From Picochlorum sp. SENEW3 (Eukaryota), in contig CP120454.1 in assembly GCA_034226945.1 (NCBI GenBank), forward strand, positions 1,240,001 to 1,304,000: a stretch of DNA of 64,000 nt, written 5' to 3'. Positions 1 through 10,897 of this stretch are shown here, piece by piece. How positions within the stretch are numbered: position 1 is the first letter of the stretch; every line of letters begins with the position of its first letter. The notes under the pieces were generated by a model. The model was not told where the DNA came from and did not search any database. It worked only from the letters and a program-made list of their open reading frames with translations. The position numbers and the translations under genes are program-made.

Positions 1-129
1 GGTGGTGGTACGCTACAGACGTGGAAAGTGTCGGATTTGGTGTACAAGTCAGAGGAGCAGCTCATGTCCGAATTAGAACCATATCGTGATTATATTGTTA
101 GTGGCGATGAGTCTCAATTGCCAAAATGA
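1..129 (+). CDS. MSI4: 3' end of WD40 histone-binding protein MSI4/FVE-like (partial, runs off the window)
   Basis: Frame 1 reads GGGTLQTWKVSDLVYKSEEQLMSELEPYRDYIVSGDESQLPK* (TGA 127-129). This resembles the MSI4/FVE C-terminus GGGTLQIWRMSDLIYRPEEEV. A TGTAA poly(A) signal follows at 138-142. Absent from the ORF track. Confidence 0.8.
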   Translation, partial: GGGTLQTWKVSDLVYKSEEQLMSELEPYRDYIVSGDESQLPK

Positions 130-1478
130 ATAGATTATGTAAGAAAGGGATGCACTGTGTGAAGGCGAAACCCAGAGTTTCTTCTGGGGCGATGGAATGC
201 CGCGGATTTCTGCAACTTAGACGAAGAAAATACATGTGTGATCGATCGACGATTGAGACGGCGAATATGCCACGCACTATTGCACGAGGGACCGACGGGT
301 TGGTGGTGGTTGAGACAGAGGACCCACTGACGACCTGGATGGCGTTAAGTGTATGTACGGCTCTAACATTGCATATGGAGCGGCACTCACGGATAGGAGC
401 GTTCTTGTCGAGTCCTCTACTAGCCATTTTACTGTCATTTGTTGCTTCTGGTGTGTTGCATGTGCTCCCTGTGGGTGCTAGTTCTGTGTACTCTGCTTTA
501 TCTACATGGCTGCTGCCTCTGGGCGTGGCCATGTTTGTGTTGGAGGTTAATGTTTCAAAATTTTTTACCAAGGAAATGTCGACCATGCTGTTGGCATTTG
601 TGCTTGGGGCGTTTGGAACGATTGTTGGGACGCTGGTGTCTTGTTTAGTTTTTCTAGAGCATCTAGGGATTGATGGTCCTCACGTTGCTTCGGCGCTATG
701 TGCGAGTTATATTGGGGGCTCCGTAAACTTTGCGGCAGTCATAGGTGGCCTTGGTACAGTGCGGGCAGAAACGATTCCGACTGCAATGTCTGTTGACAAT
801 CTGGTCATGTGCCTGTATATTGCTTGTTTGATGTTTCTCTCCTATTTTGTGTCTGAGGAGGAGGAGAAGCAACAGCAGACCACGAATGAACCCTGTGATA
901 CTGCAGAAAATACGGCATCTTCATACAGCCTGGCAACAGCGATCGCGACAGGACTTGTATCCACACGCATTGCATTCACATGTGCAACATGGTTGGGAAA
1001 TCCTTCCCTTGGGCTTGCTCTCGTGTCCCTTGTGGCCTGCCTTGCCGCCCCATTATCTTCTTTTATTCGCTCTACATTGAACATTCAAACAACTAAGGAT
1101 ACTAGTGGAGTGTTTGGTGGCTCAACGAGCCTTGCGGGTGTCTTGATGACTCTATTCTTTTGTACTATTGGAGCTCAGGCTGGACAAATCCACATGGGCA
1201 AGGAATCACTGTTTCTTTTTGGTTTCATCACATTGCAATTAACTGTTCAACTGCTTATATCATTAGGACTTGGTAAGGTATGTGGTGTACCGCTAAGAAC
1301 AATGTTGATTGCGTGTAATGCCAACGTCGGCGGTGCAGCAACAGCTGTTGGCATGGCTGTGAGTAAGAAATGGAAAGACTTGTTCCAACCAGCTTTACTA
1401 GCGGCATCTTTTGGCTACGTCATAGCCAACGCGTGTGGATTTGCCATGTCAATATGTATTAAAAAGTATATTATTTAA
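126..1478 (+). CDS. DUF819 family multi-pass membrane protein (YjcL-like); true start probably a downstream ATG
   Basis: About 11 hydrophobic segments; motifs ASYIGGSVNF and ACNANVGGAATA are typical of DUF819. Confidence 0.8.
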   Translation: MNRLCKKGMHCVKAKPRVSSGAMECRGFLQLRRRKYMCDRSTIETANMPRTIARGTDGLVVVETEDPLTTWMALSVCTALTLHMERHSRIGAFLSSPLLAILLSFVASGVLHVLPVGASSVYSALSTWLLPLGVAMFVLEVNVSKFFTKEMSTMLLAFVLGAFGTIVGTLVSCLVFLEHLGIDGPHVASALCASYIGGSVNFAAVIGGLGTVRAETIPTAMSVDNLVMCLYIACLMFLSYFVSEEEEKQQQTTNEPCDTAENTASSYSLATAIATGLVSTRIAFTCATWLGNPSLGLALVSLVACLAAPLSSFIRSTLNIQTTKDTSGVFGGSTSLAGVLMTLFFCTIGAQAGQIHMGKESLFLFGFITLQLTVQLLISLGLGKVCGVPLRTMLIACNANVGGAATAVGMAVSKKWKDLFQPALLAASFGYVIANACGFAMSICIKKYII

Positions 1479-3438
1479 GACCATCCGAATATACGAGAAA
1501 CAACACTGCTTGTACTGGTTGGCTGCTTGAAACCCCTATGGTCCAATGAGGGTGGCTCAATGCCCATTAGCGCAGTATCAAGAATGATTGGGCGTACTGG
1601 AAGATATGGAATGGCGGGCGGAATTCGAGATATTTTCCCTGGACCGTGGCCATCTCCAGCAAATGATGTCCACGATTCGAGTTGATCAACCATGGTATCT
1701 GCATCCTTCCTTGATGATGAGGGTCTACCCTCCTGGAGAGACATGGATCCGACTGCATGGGATGCCGTCTGCGCCTGTTGCAGATCTATTCCTCGATACT
1801 CTGCGACGCACACCAATTGAAATGCTTTTGATTTAACCGATACATCGCCCATACGTTTCTTCGCAGCGTCATCAACATTCACACACTCTTCAATCTGGTT
1901 GACAGCAGTGGCACAGCGTTTTTGTGTTCTTTCAAACAGAGCATATGCTTCTGCAAACATTGAATCGCCCAGATATTTGTGCGCAATATAATAGCATCTA
2001 AAAGCCTGGAACTGTGCAATCTGTGCAGCGCATTCATCCATCAGTACTTCGCCCTGTGCACCTCCACTCTCTGCTGCCAAGTCATTTAACGTGGTCACAT
2101 TGGCAATTAGAGTCTCGTAGATTCTGACCAACTCCTCCGGTCGAGCTGGTTTTTCGCTCTTCTCTTTCAACTTTGAAGGTACTAATCTCCGTTTAAGAGC
2201 CCTGTCTAATCTACTCTGAATCACCGTTGCCAGCAGACTATTTCTCCTGATTGTCCACTCTTGTTCCAACCCATGGGCAGCCATCTCCAACGACTTGAGC
2301 TCCATTTGCTGTTCCTCCGACATTGTGCCGAGCTGGGAGGCAGACTTGGCCGCGCTTCTAACATCCATATACCCATTCACCACTTGATCATACATTTGTA
2401 TCATTGAATCGACACTGTCGTCCTGTTCCTTGTCCGACTTGTCCAGAAATGCTGCTGTGGACTCCTCCAACGCAGAAGCAAGTTGCATGGCTGTCACCAC
2501 TTTCACCTTGCACCGCTCCTCGCGAACTGGGTACGTCTCCCCATTCCACTCAATCTCAGATACTGCTCCAGAATCCTTCGCTGCAGCATTCTCGGCCGCA
2601 AGCTCCTGCAGCTTGGAGGCAAGCGTCCCAGACCCCTCCACATGCATGGGGACAGACTTGCCTCCCAATTTATACTCACAAAACCGAGCAGACGGCTCCA
2701 CCTGATCCAATAAATGGCGAATACTCACTCGTTGATCATAATCACTCACTTTAAACAGCTCGCTCAACAATGAGCTCGATTTCTGAAAATGAGACAGAGC
2801 AGTATCCCAGTCCCGTCCCTTTTCCAAATACATAGTACCAACCATCCAAGCACAGTACGCCTCTCCCTCCAAATTCGATCGTGTATCACACCTCTGCGAC
2901 ACAATTGAAGCCATCTCCTTGGCATGAACAGCAGCCTTGGTGACCCTTCGAATCATATGATGCCGCTTTTGAGGAGCATTACTTTGCTCCACCTCGTTCT
3001 TCAAATCCATGGCATACGCCCAGGCCCTCTCCGCCGACACAAGCGGCATATGAAGCAATCTGCATATTCATAAGACTGTAAAAATCTCCAGAACACCCCA
3101 TATCGCAGGTTACTTGATCCCGTACCGTTCATCGTGAATCATGTCCGCTGTAAGCGTCTTTTTCTGATATCTACCCCTTCCATGCAAGAATTTCATCCCT
3201 TTATAGATTCTATGTAATCTTCTAGCACAGTATTGCCTACAGTACACACATAATATGAGTTATACTGTAAGATCAGCCCATGGCCTGCGTCGAATGGCGG
3301 TGGACAGTACCTGTATCGTGTATACTCGGAATGCTTCAATCCATGAATCGATTGTGATTGTTGAATGATTTTTAGCACAGGAAATGTTATTGGCTGGAGC
3401 TCGATGGCACCTTCTGCCTCTGGAACAGCATCGCCCAT
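1475..3438 (-). CDS. SRP68: Signal recognition particle subunit SRP68; exons 3438-3311, 3236-3126, 3059-1475
   Basis: Splicing two GT-AG introns gives HGLKHSEYTRYRQYCARRLHRI...LVSAERAWAYAMDLK. The C-terminus has a PVRPIILDTA motif. Confidence 0.92.
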
Positions 3439-3504
3439 GACTCTTGCTTTCCGTCCAAATTCAGCCACAAAAATGCACTCTTACGAGTCTTTCAAAAATA
3501 TAAA

Positions 3505-4821
3505 TTAATTATCTATGAGAGAATCATACATTTGGGAGTACAAGGCGACTTCATCATCTGTTCGAATGTATTCGTCTAATTCAGAGTCTGCAAAATCATC
3601 AGCTTCACAAGATGATTTCGTATGCTGATCGACAATCTCTGCATCATCTGTCATATCTATCACTGCTGTATGATGTTCTCGACAAGGCACGATGCCGTGG
3701 GGACGAGAGTCTAGGTGTCCATCTTGGCCTTGTTGTTTCAGTAACAGTCCTGGTGGTGACCCTGTTGATGGCAAATTTGTCACCCGGATGATAATAGCGG
3801 CGTACGAGAAGACATTTGATAGCGTAATATTGTCACTGAATGACAAATAGTCAGAATAGGAAAGTAATCGCTGCTTAACATCGTGCACCTTCTTCCGTAG
3901 AGCACTGTGGCTGGTTCCAATGGCATGTGCTGCCAGTTCTAAACCAACATGAATTCCATTCATTTCCATGGCAGCAATGATTGATGCCCCTGCAAGAGTC
4001 AGTGGATGGGGTGCTCGTTCGTCTCGTTTCATCATCCAGTCATGCACCAGCTCTGCATCATGCAGAAGTGCATCTCCAGGCCAATGCCAGCTCGGATCAT
4101 CCCTGGTGAGCTGCAGGGTCTCCAACAGCTTTGGTAGCAAAACCTTGGCGTCCATCCTGGGTATTTCTAATTTCAACATAGCCGCTGCCGCTCTATAATA
4201 CCTACCAATCAAAAAGACGCTCAGTCCAGTCGCAGCCGTCACATCCAGCAGAGTGAGGGGTAATCGATTCAAACGAATGGCAATGTACAGTGAGGATGCC
4301 ACTATCAAATCCCTCCTCCAAGACCCCTTCAACGCCTCTGATAACTGCGTCGCATGCACCTCAGCCTGGTGTATGATGGTCGGAGATACAGACAGGCTAT
4401 TACCAAGAGACTTTAGCAATTTCTTCAGAGGGATGGAAGGGTCGTATGGCTGTGCTCTTTGGACAGCATGCCTGGCCCTAGCACTCTGCATGGTCCATGC
4501 TCCTACACCCGCTCCAGAATCCTTCATCTCCACAAACACTCCCTCTGGTTTCCCATACTGATCGAACGATACGGATGGAACGAGATTATCATCATCTCCA
4601 TGCCTGGCGCGACCAGATGCCCCGCTCACTGCGCCACAGGCCTCACAAACCAACATTCCATGGACATAGTCCATCCAGACGGTGTCTTGTCCCCCACATG
4701 CAGAGCACCCTCCTCCTTGCTCTCGAGAGTCCTCACCGTTCCATGTATTTCCCTCAGCCTTTGAAGTATCCACTGGAGTATTCCTTTGTCGTTTCTTCTG
4801 TCCACTGCGAGTGCCACCCAT
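3505..4821 (-). CDS. TFIIB-related RNA polymerase III factor, BRF2/PTF2-like
   Basis: Zn ribbon CSACG...VCEACG, cyclin-fold repeat (ASSLYIAIRLNRLPLTLLDV), and C-terminal DSELDEYIRTDDEV resembling the Brf TBP-anchor. Short length fits BRF2 better than BRF1. Confidence 0.8.
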   Translation of the reverse strand: MGGTRSGQKKRQRNTPVDTSKAEGNTWNGEDSREQGGGCSACGGQDTVWMDYVHGMLVCEACGAVSGASGRARHGDDDNLVPSVSFDQYGKPEGVFVEMKDSGAGVGAWTMQSARARHAVQRAQPYDPSIPLKKLLKSLGNSLSVSPTIIHQAEVHATQLSEALKGSWRRDLIVASSLYIAIRLNRLPLTLLDVTAATGLSVFLIGRYYRAAAAMLKLEIPRMDAKVLLPKLLETLQLTRDDPSWHWPGDALLHDAELVHDWMMKRDERAPHPLTLAGASIIAAMEMNGIHVGLELAAHAIGTSHSALRKKVHDVKQRLLSYSDYLSFSDNITLSNVFSYAAIIIRVTNLPSTGSPPGLLLKQQGQDGHLDSRPHGIVPCREHHTAVIDMTDDAEIVDQHTKSSCEADDFADSELDEYIRTDDEVALYSQMYDSLIDN

Positions 4822-5163
4822 GTGGCAAGGGAGTAACAAACAATTTTTTCTTCTCCAACCAAATACGTGACGGGGTTGTTCTACGTATACGCTTTATTAA
4901 TATTCCATAATTTATCTCGATATATGTACATCATTTTTTATCAAGTCTACAGCCATGTATTTTTCAAAACGTGCAGAAATTTCTTAAAAGAGACAATAGA
5001 AAACATTTCCTCCTTCAAATGGATATTAGCGTCATCAACCGACCGAGAATTACATTTATTATAGAACAAAACTACCACCTGATAATAGTTATCATACCCG
5101 TACCTAATAGGAACAAACCACATTCCTGTTTCATTCGAATCACAGACAAAAAAAAAAGCAAGC

Positions 5164-6045
5164 ATGGAGTCTAAAAGAATTGGTTTTATCGGAGCCGGAC
5201 AGATGGCCGAAGCTCTTGCACGAGGATTTATCAACAAAGGTATTACAAAAGCAGAGAATATCTATGCCACGGATATCATGCAAGTGCGCAAGGATGTCTT
5301 TGCATCATTTAATGCAAACGCAGTGGACAGCAATTCCGAGGTATGTTGTCCTTGTAATGGATTGTTTCATGACATATATTAAAATATATACTCCTCTGTG
5401 TTGTAGGTTGTGGCCAACAGTGATGTGGTGTTCATCGCCGTGAAGCCCCAATACGTGTCCCTTGTTCTGAAAGAGGTTCAGCCAGTGCTCAAGCCAAGCA
5501 CTGTTATTGTCTCTATCGCAGCAGGAGTGACCTTGGATACCTTGCGGGAGGCTGCTGGTCAGGATGCTCGAGTGATCAGAGTCATGCCCAACACACCATG
5601 CTTGGTAGGGGAGACTGCAGCAGCCATGTGTTTGGGAGGAAAGGCTGATGATGGGGACGCTGACGTTGTGAAGCAGTTGTTTGATGCTGTCGGAACCATC
5701 TACAAAGTGGATGAGAAGCTGTTGAGTGCTGTCACTGGTCTCAGTGGAAGTGGTCCAGCGTATATCTTTGTCATGATTGAGGCATTGTCTGATGGAGGTG
5801 TCAAAGCAGGACTGCCCCGAGATATTGCCCAGCAGCTTGCTGCTCAAACAGTGCTGGGATCCGCCAAAATGGTTTTGGAGACTGGAAAACACCCAGGTGT
5901 GTTGAAGGATATGGTGACGTCACCCGCAGGCACTACCATTGCCGGTGTTCATGAGCTTGAAAAGGCTGGCATCAGATCTGCATTTATCAATGCTGTGACA
6001 GGAGCTGCAGCCAGGGCTGACGAGCTTGCCAAGCCAAAGCTTTAA
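5164..6045 (+). CDS. P5CR: Pyrroline-5-carboxylate reductase; exons 5164-5340, 5407-6045
   Basis: IGFIGAGQMA Rossmann motif, RVMPNTP, TGLSGSGPAY, VTSPAGTT; intron 5341-5406 is GT-AG and in phase. Confidence 0.97.
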
Positions 6046-6854
6046 GTCATGCATCACGAATAAAAATGATTTATGTGTTCGAACAGTATACGAACAATGA
6101 TATCAATAATTGGATGGCCCGAGGGACGTGTATGCTGCGGTCTTTTCCATTCCACACAATGCAAGGTGTGTGTACAACCACCATCTCTGCATCAAGAGAG
6201 GAGAAGAAACTCTTCTTGCAGTGAAGGACATCAATCCAATTGGTTTCCTTGTGCATCTGTAATATGATCATCATCTATACTTGTTGTTGAGGAATGCCTC
6301 ACCTCCCTGAGCAATAGTAATACGGCATGTCCCAAGAGCAGCGCGGTGGCGCCCAATCTGGGTTGACCAAGGACGCCTTCCATGATGCGCCCGTGGGGCA
6401 AGCTCCCCAAGGTGTTTGACTCCACCTATATCTCCCGATTCCATATAATTTAGCCCTAGAATATTACATATACATTATTGTTTTGGTCATGAACTAGGGT
6501 AGGGATGTGTTTGGAGGAAGTATCACCGGTCGTCCACGAGAACGTGCTCTAGGGAGGTATTTACATACAGCGATATAGCAGAACGGTACGGCATACAGAG
6601 GCATCGTTGTGTGTTTAATATGTTTTTATCCTAAAGATGAAGTATAATTAACGCACATCCCCTGGATATACGCAACGGTATGTAGGAATTTCAAAGGTTC
6701 CCGCGTGGAAGACCCAAGAGTCCGGGAGGTGCTCGAGGCAGTCAATTGCATCGATTTCTGGGCTTGTTTCCCATATACTACGCTATATATCTATAGATTT
6801 AGTTTTTCTATACATCTGTGAGGGGTAGGGTGTGTCAGATCTTTGTGTATCAGG

Positions 6855-8477
6855 ATGAGTGAGCTGCAGCACGGTCAGGTCTGCGAGACGCATGCTGGCA
6901 CAGAAGCATCCAAAGAGCCCCATGATACTTCTAGAGTAACGAATGAATTGAAAGACATGCATCGGCATGGCAGTGACGGTATTGCTATTGTTCAGGTGCT
7001 TGGTCAACGTCCACCTGGTACTGTGGAGGACAAGCATCCTCAGGGGACGGCAACCATCCCTGGGACGACTCAGACAAGGAAGCGATCGTGCGATGTCCGG
7101 GCGGAGCAGTATCCGAAGAAAAGTAGGAAGGCAAATCCTGCTTCGTCCACTGGGAAATTCTCATCGATGTATAGAGGGGTGACACAGCACCGTTTGACCA
7201 AAAGATTTGAGGCGCATTTTTGGGATGCCAGTTACCTTCGTCCAAAACCAGTACGTCAGACACCATGCATAGGTTTTTAATGAAACATGAGTGACTGTTG
7301 GCTTGTGTGCAGGGAAAGAGGACAAAGGGACGACAGGTGTATTTGGGTGGATATACAACTGAAGTTGAGGCAGCGCGAGCGTATGATAAAGCTGCCATTT
7401 CATTCCTAGGCTTGCGGGCAAACTTGAACGTACGTATATATATGTGTGTATGCATTGTCGTGGACATTCATTATTGTATTGCCCTGATACAAACACAAGG
7501 CTGAATGTACTGACCATGATATTCACCTTGTTATGGTGCAGTTTCCATTCGCTGAATACCATGACTTTGTGGAGGAGATGGGGAAAAAGACGCCAGATGA
7601 AGTCGTCGCTGAGCTTCGGAGAGATTCAGTTGGTTTTGCCAGGGGCCAAAGCCAGTATCGTGGTGTGACTAGACACCACAAACAAGATCGATGGGAGGCT
7701 CGGATAGGTAGAATTTGGGGGAACAAATACATTTATTTAGGTACATTTGAATCTGCAAAGGAAGCTGCTATAGCGTACGACAAAGCAGCGGTGAAATTCA
7801 AAGGAAGAAAGGCCATGACAAACTTTCCACTGGATCATTACAATGACATTCTAGTGAACCCAGATTCACATGAAGTTCCATTGGTCACAGACAAGAATAA
7901 GGATATGCCGACTCAGCATCATGCGAACAATAATCAGGGGCTTGGAAATCATCAGACACCATTCAATGAATATCTTGAGGGTATGATGATGATGCATCCA
8001 AAACCTGTATCTCTTGTCCAGGTGCCACAGCAGCAGGTCACCATGCAGCCACCACGGCAGAATATGATGATGGGAGCGACAGGTGGATCACAGCCTGGAC
8101 ATACAACGATGAGTGTAGATTTTGCTGGGAATACAATGGGAAATTGCCAGGCACCTCCCCACACTGGTGGGTTGAGTACTATAGACCCGCAATCTTTATC
8201 CCCGTTGGCTGGCTAGCTACTCTCTCCTTTAGGAATCCCTCACTCAAAAGGGAATGAGAATTTATGTAGATCAGGGGATGCTGTTTCTACGGATTTGTTG
8301 AGAATGTTTGGTGCATCTGATCCTTTCCCACAGCCAGATCCAAGTGCTGCTGCCCAGAGTGCACAACAGATTGAAGACGATGTTCAACGCTTTCTGGAAT
8401 CCATGGATGCCTCCGACATCAATCAATTCCTCACATTGCTGCAGTCCGCAGCTTCCCCAAACGGACCTAGTCGTTAA
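6855..8477 (+). CDS. Double-AP2-domain transcription factor (ANT/WRI1-like); exons ~6855-7250, 7313-7429, 7542-~8166, ~8275-8477
   Basis: AP2-R1 [21 protein letters not shown]...[10 protein letters not shown], linker [23 protein letters not shown]2-R2 [15 protein letters not shown]. The first two introns are canonical and in phase; boundaries of the last intron are uncertain. Confidence 0.9.
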
Positions 8478-8578
8478 TATAGATCTCAGGAAGAGAGCTG
8501 TCGGCTTGAATTGTAGATTGATTACATAGAAAAACAAACTCTTACATTACTGTCTTGTAAGGTTGTATACATAATTAT

Positions 8579-8935
8579 TCAGAACATGAATGCAGCACAT
8601 AGCATTATCAAAGTGGAAATCAGATGCGATGGTGCCCATGCGAATGAGGTAAAGGCATCCTGAGCAGCGTTTCCAATAGCCTCCCCAGCACTGGTTACTC
8701 CAGATGCAATAGCTTCCCCAGCACTGGTTGCTCCAGACGCAATCGCCTCTCCAGCACTGGTTGCCCCCGAAGCAATAGACTCACCCACTTCCTTGGCTCC
8801 AGATCCGACAGTGTCGGCCGCGTTCTTCACATCATCGACCGCATTTTGGGCAGCAGTTGTTCCCGCCATCAATACGACGGTGAGGAGGAGAATACCAAAA
8901 GATTTCCTGAGCTGATACATAGTTCTGTATGGCAT
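8579..8935 (-). CDS. Small secreted, possibly GPI-anchored protein with 11-residue repeats
   Basis: Signal-peptide-like N-terminus (GILLLTVVLMAGTTAA), about 3.5 copies of GEAIASGATSA, hydrophobic C-terminal tail. Confidence 0.7.
   Translation of the reverse strand: MPYRTMYQLRKSFGILLLTVVLMAGTTAAQNAVDDVKNAADTVGSGAKEVGESIASGATSAGEAIASGATSAGEAIASGVTSAGEAIGNAAQDAFTSFAWAPSHLISTLIMLCAAFMF
8672..8786. repeat. 33-bp coding tandem repeat (about 3.5 copies)
   Basis: CCAGCACTGGTT recurs at 8685, 8718 and 8751; differences between copies are mostly synonymous. Confidence 0.9.
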
Positions 8936-9373
8936 ATATTTATGCAGAAATTATCAGTTGTCTGCGGATAACTCTTGATATCTTTGGGTTTTCTAACGAT
9001 TACGACACCCATTTCGACACGTACCTGGCGTTAAAGATTCTGTTGGTAATTTCAGTCGATATGCTTCTCTAAATACTACTTATTCAGAAAAGAGTAAAAC
9101 TTTACCCCAGCATGAAGCCAAGAAACACGTTATACCACCTGGGTGATCTCTGTGTGTTGCGATAGAGAATCGGATTCCTATCAAAGGGTGCTTTTAATGG
9201 GCCATGTACATGTGAAGAACAGGACCATCCTTGGAACAAACACGTTCCTGCATTTGGAACATATGACGTCCGGCCTGTGTGCATTTGAGAGAAGACAGAA
9301 GGCGGCAAAAAAACCCACTGTATGCATAAAAGAATGATCATCCCAGTGCCACGATTACAAAGAATATTATCAT

Positions 9374-10897
9374 TCAATCATCGAGAAAGAATGGATGCTT
9401 CAATGCTTCAACAAATGTGCATCGTTTCTCCGGAAGCCAGTGGACCATCCGTCTAGCCAAATCCAAAAGGTCTCTAGTCTCTTTGCCGTCTTCTCTCAAA
9501 CTTGGATTCACATCACTACAAAAATAGCCTTCTAGCTTCATTGTCTCCCAATACGCCCGTCTTGACGTTTCACTGGTGCTACTATTCGGGTATCGAAGGG
9601 TCCCATTCTCTCTAAAAAAGTACTTGCCCTTTTCCGCTTGCACAGATTGCTCCACCAAGACGCGTGGAATTGTCCCCACAGCCCTCTCAATCATTGCCAA
9701 ATGTTCTAAATCTTTAGTCTCTGGAGATGCATTATAATCTTGATTGTAAAAAAACGTATCTCCCATAACGAGCTCGAGCAACAAGCATCCAACGCTCCAC
9801 ACATCAATACTTGATGACCAAGGTAGACCCAACAGCACCTCTGGTGCTCTGTAGTGTCGCGTGCTCACCACTTTAGGATGCGATCTCTCCTTTAACTGCG
9901 CACTCCCAAAATCAATGAGAGTAAGTCGATCCGACGTGGGAAACTCTGATGCAAGACCAGGGTGCTCAGACTTGATCACCTCATACTCCACATCATCATG
10001 GAGCACATTCTCAGGCTTGACATCCGTGTGCACAATGCCAAGGCTATGCATATACGCCAACGTCTGGAGCAAGCTCTTGAGATACTTTCGAACCATATAT
10101 ACAGGAAAAGGATTGTCGTTTCGCTCCATCGTCTCATACAGGCTCGGTCCCAGCTTTGGGAACACCATTGTCGCATGACCACCCCGTGAATAATGAAACC
10201 AATGTTCCAGCCGCACAAAATCAAACAAACCCATCGGATCGTACTGCATCATCGTCATAATAACTATAATTTCATTCATAGCAGCCATTGTGTATTTGCT
10301 TGTATTCCTCACAATTTTGACAGCAACATCCCTCTTTGTTTCCACATCAAAGCATTCAACAACCTTGGCAAATGTCCCTTTCCCGATCACTCGCGTAATA
10401 CGATACCGTGATGTAAGCATATAATGAGGACAAACAATAAGATACCCCTTTTCATCAACACCTTTTGACAGGATGAATCCATGCTCGTTTGATTCTCCTT
10501 CTTCTCCTCCTCCTCCTTCTTCTTCTTGTTCTGCTTCTTCTTCTGTTTCTTCTTCTTCATGAGAGGTGCTGCCCTTCTCTGGCGAATGCAAACTCCCTAT
10601 CAGTCTACACCGAGGTGCCAACGCATCTGGCCACTTCCGTCGCAGTTTTTCTATCAACTGCAATCGAGCTGTATCGCCATGCTCTTGATTGTCTTCTACA
10701 ATCGCTCTGCCATGCAATGACTTTTTCCTCCCCTTCTTCCCAAAAGCACCTCCATTCTCACCGGAATGAAGGTCATCTAGTTCATTCCCAATAACTTGAG
10801 AATCAAGTTTTCTCTTTGACTGACGCGTCAGCATATGAATCGCCTGCGTGTATTGTTCAATGTCTAAATTCCTTTCCTTCTCCAACGACACCGCCAA
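9374..10897 (-). CDS. LAMMER/CLK (AFC-like) dual-specificity protein kinase; 5' end uncertain
   Basis: GKGTFAKV, VAVKIVR, HTDVKPENVL, IDFGSA, STRHYRAPE and the EHLAMIER signature; TGTAA just after the stop. Confidence 0.88.
   Translation of the reverse strand: MAVSLEKERNLDIEQYTQAIHMLTRQSKRKLDSQVIGNELDDLHSGENGGAFGKKGRKKSLHGRAIVEDNQEHGDTARLQLIEKLRRKWPDALAPRCRLIGSLHSPEKGSTSHEEEETEEEAEQEEEGGGGEEGESNEHGFILSKGVDEKGYLIVCPHYMLTSRYRITRVIGKGTFAKVVECFDVETKRDVAVKIVRNTSKYTMAAMNEIIVIMTMMQYDPMGLFDFVRLEHWFHYSRGGHATMVFPKLGPSLYETMERNDNPFPVYMVRKYLKSLLQTLAYMHSLGIVHTDVKPENVLHDDVEYEVIKSEHPGLASEFPTSDRLTLIDFGSAQLKERSHPKVVSTRHYRAPEVLLGLPWSSSIDVWSVGCLLLELVMGDTFFYNQDYNASPETKDLEHLAMIERAVGTIPRVLVEQSVQAEKGKYFFRENGTLRYPNSSTSETSRRAYWETMKLEGYFCSDVNPSLREDGKETRDLLDLARRMVHWLPEKRCTFVEALKHPFFLDD

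Noticed and set aside
126..129. ATGA start/stop overlap between MSI4 and DUF819, resembling bacterial translational coupling
   Set aside because: TGTAA at 138-142 suggests the MSI4 mRNA ends just downstream, so ATG 126 is probably not the real DUF819 start.
6449..6505. Telomerase RNA template or telomeric repeat (TAGCCCTA, TAGGGTAGGG)
   Set aside because: No match to a CTAAACCCT-type template and no tandem telomere repeats.
8672..8786. CRISPR-like repeat array
   Set aside because: Contiguous in-frame coding repeats without unique spacers, in a eukaryotic gene.
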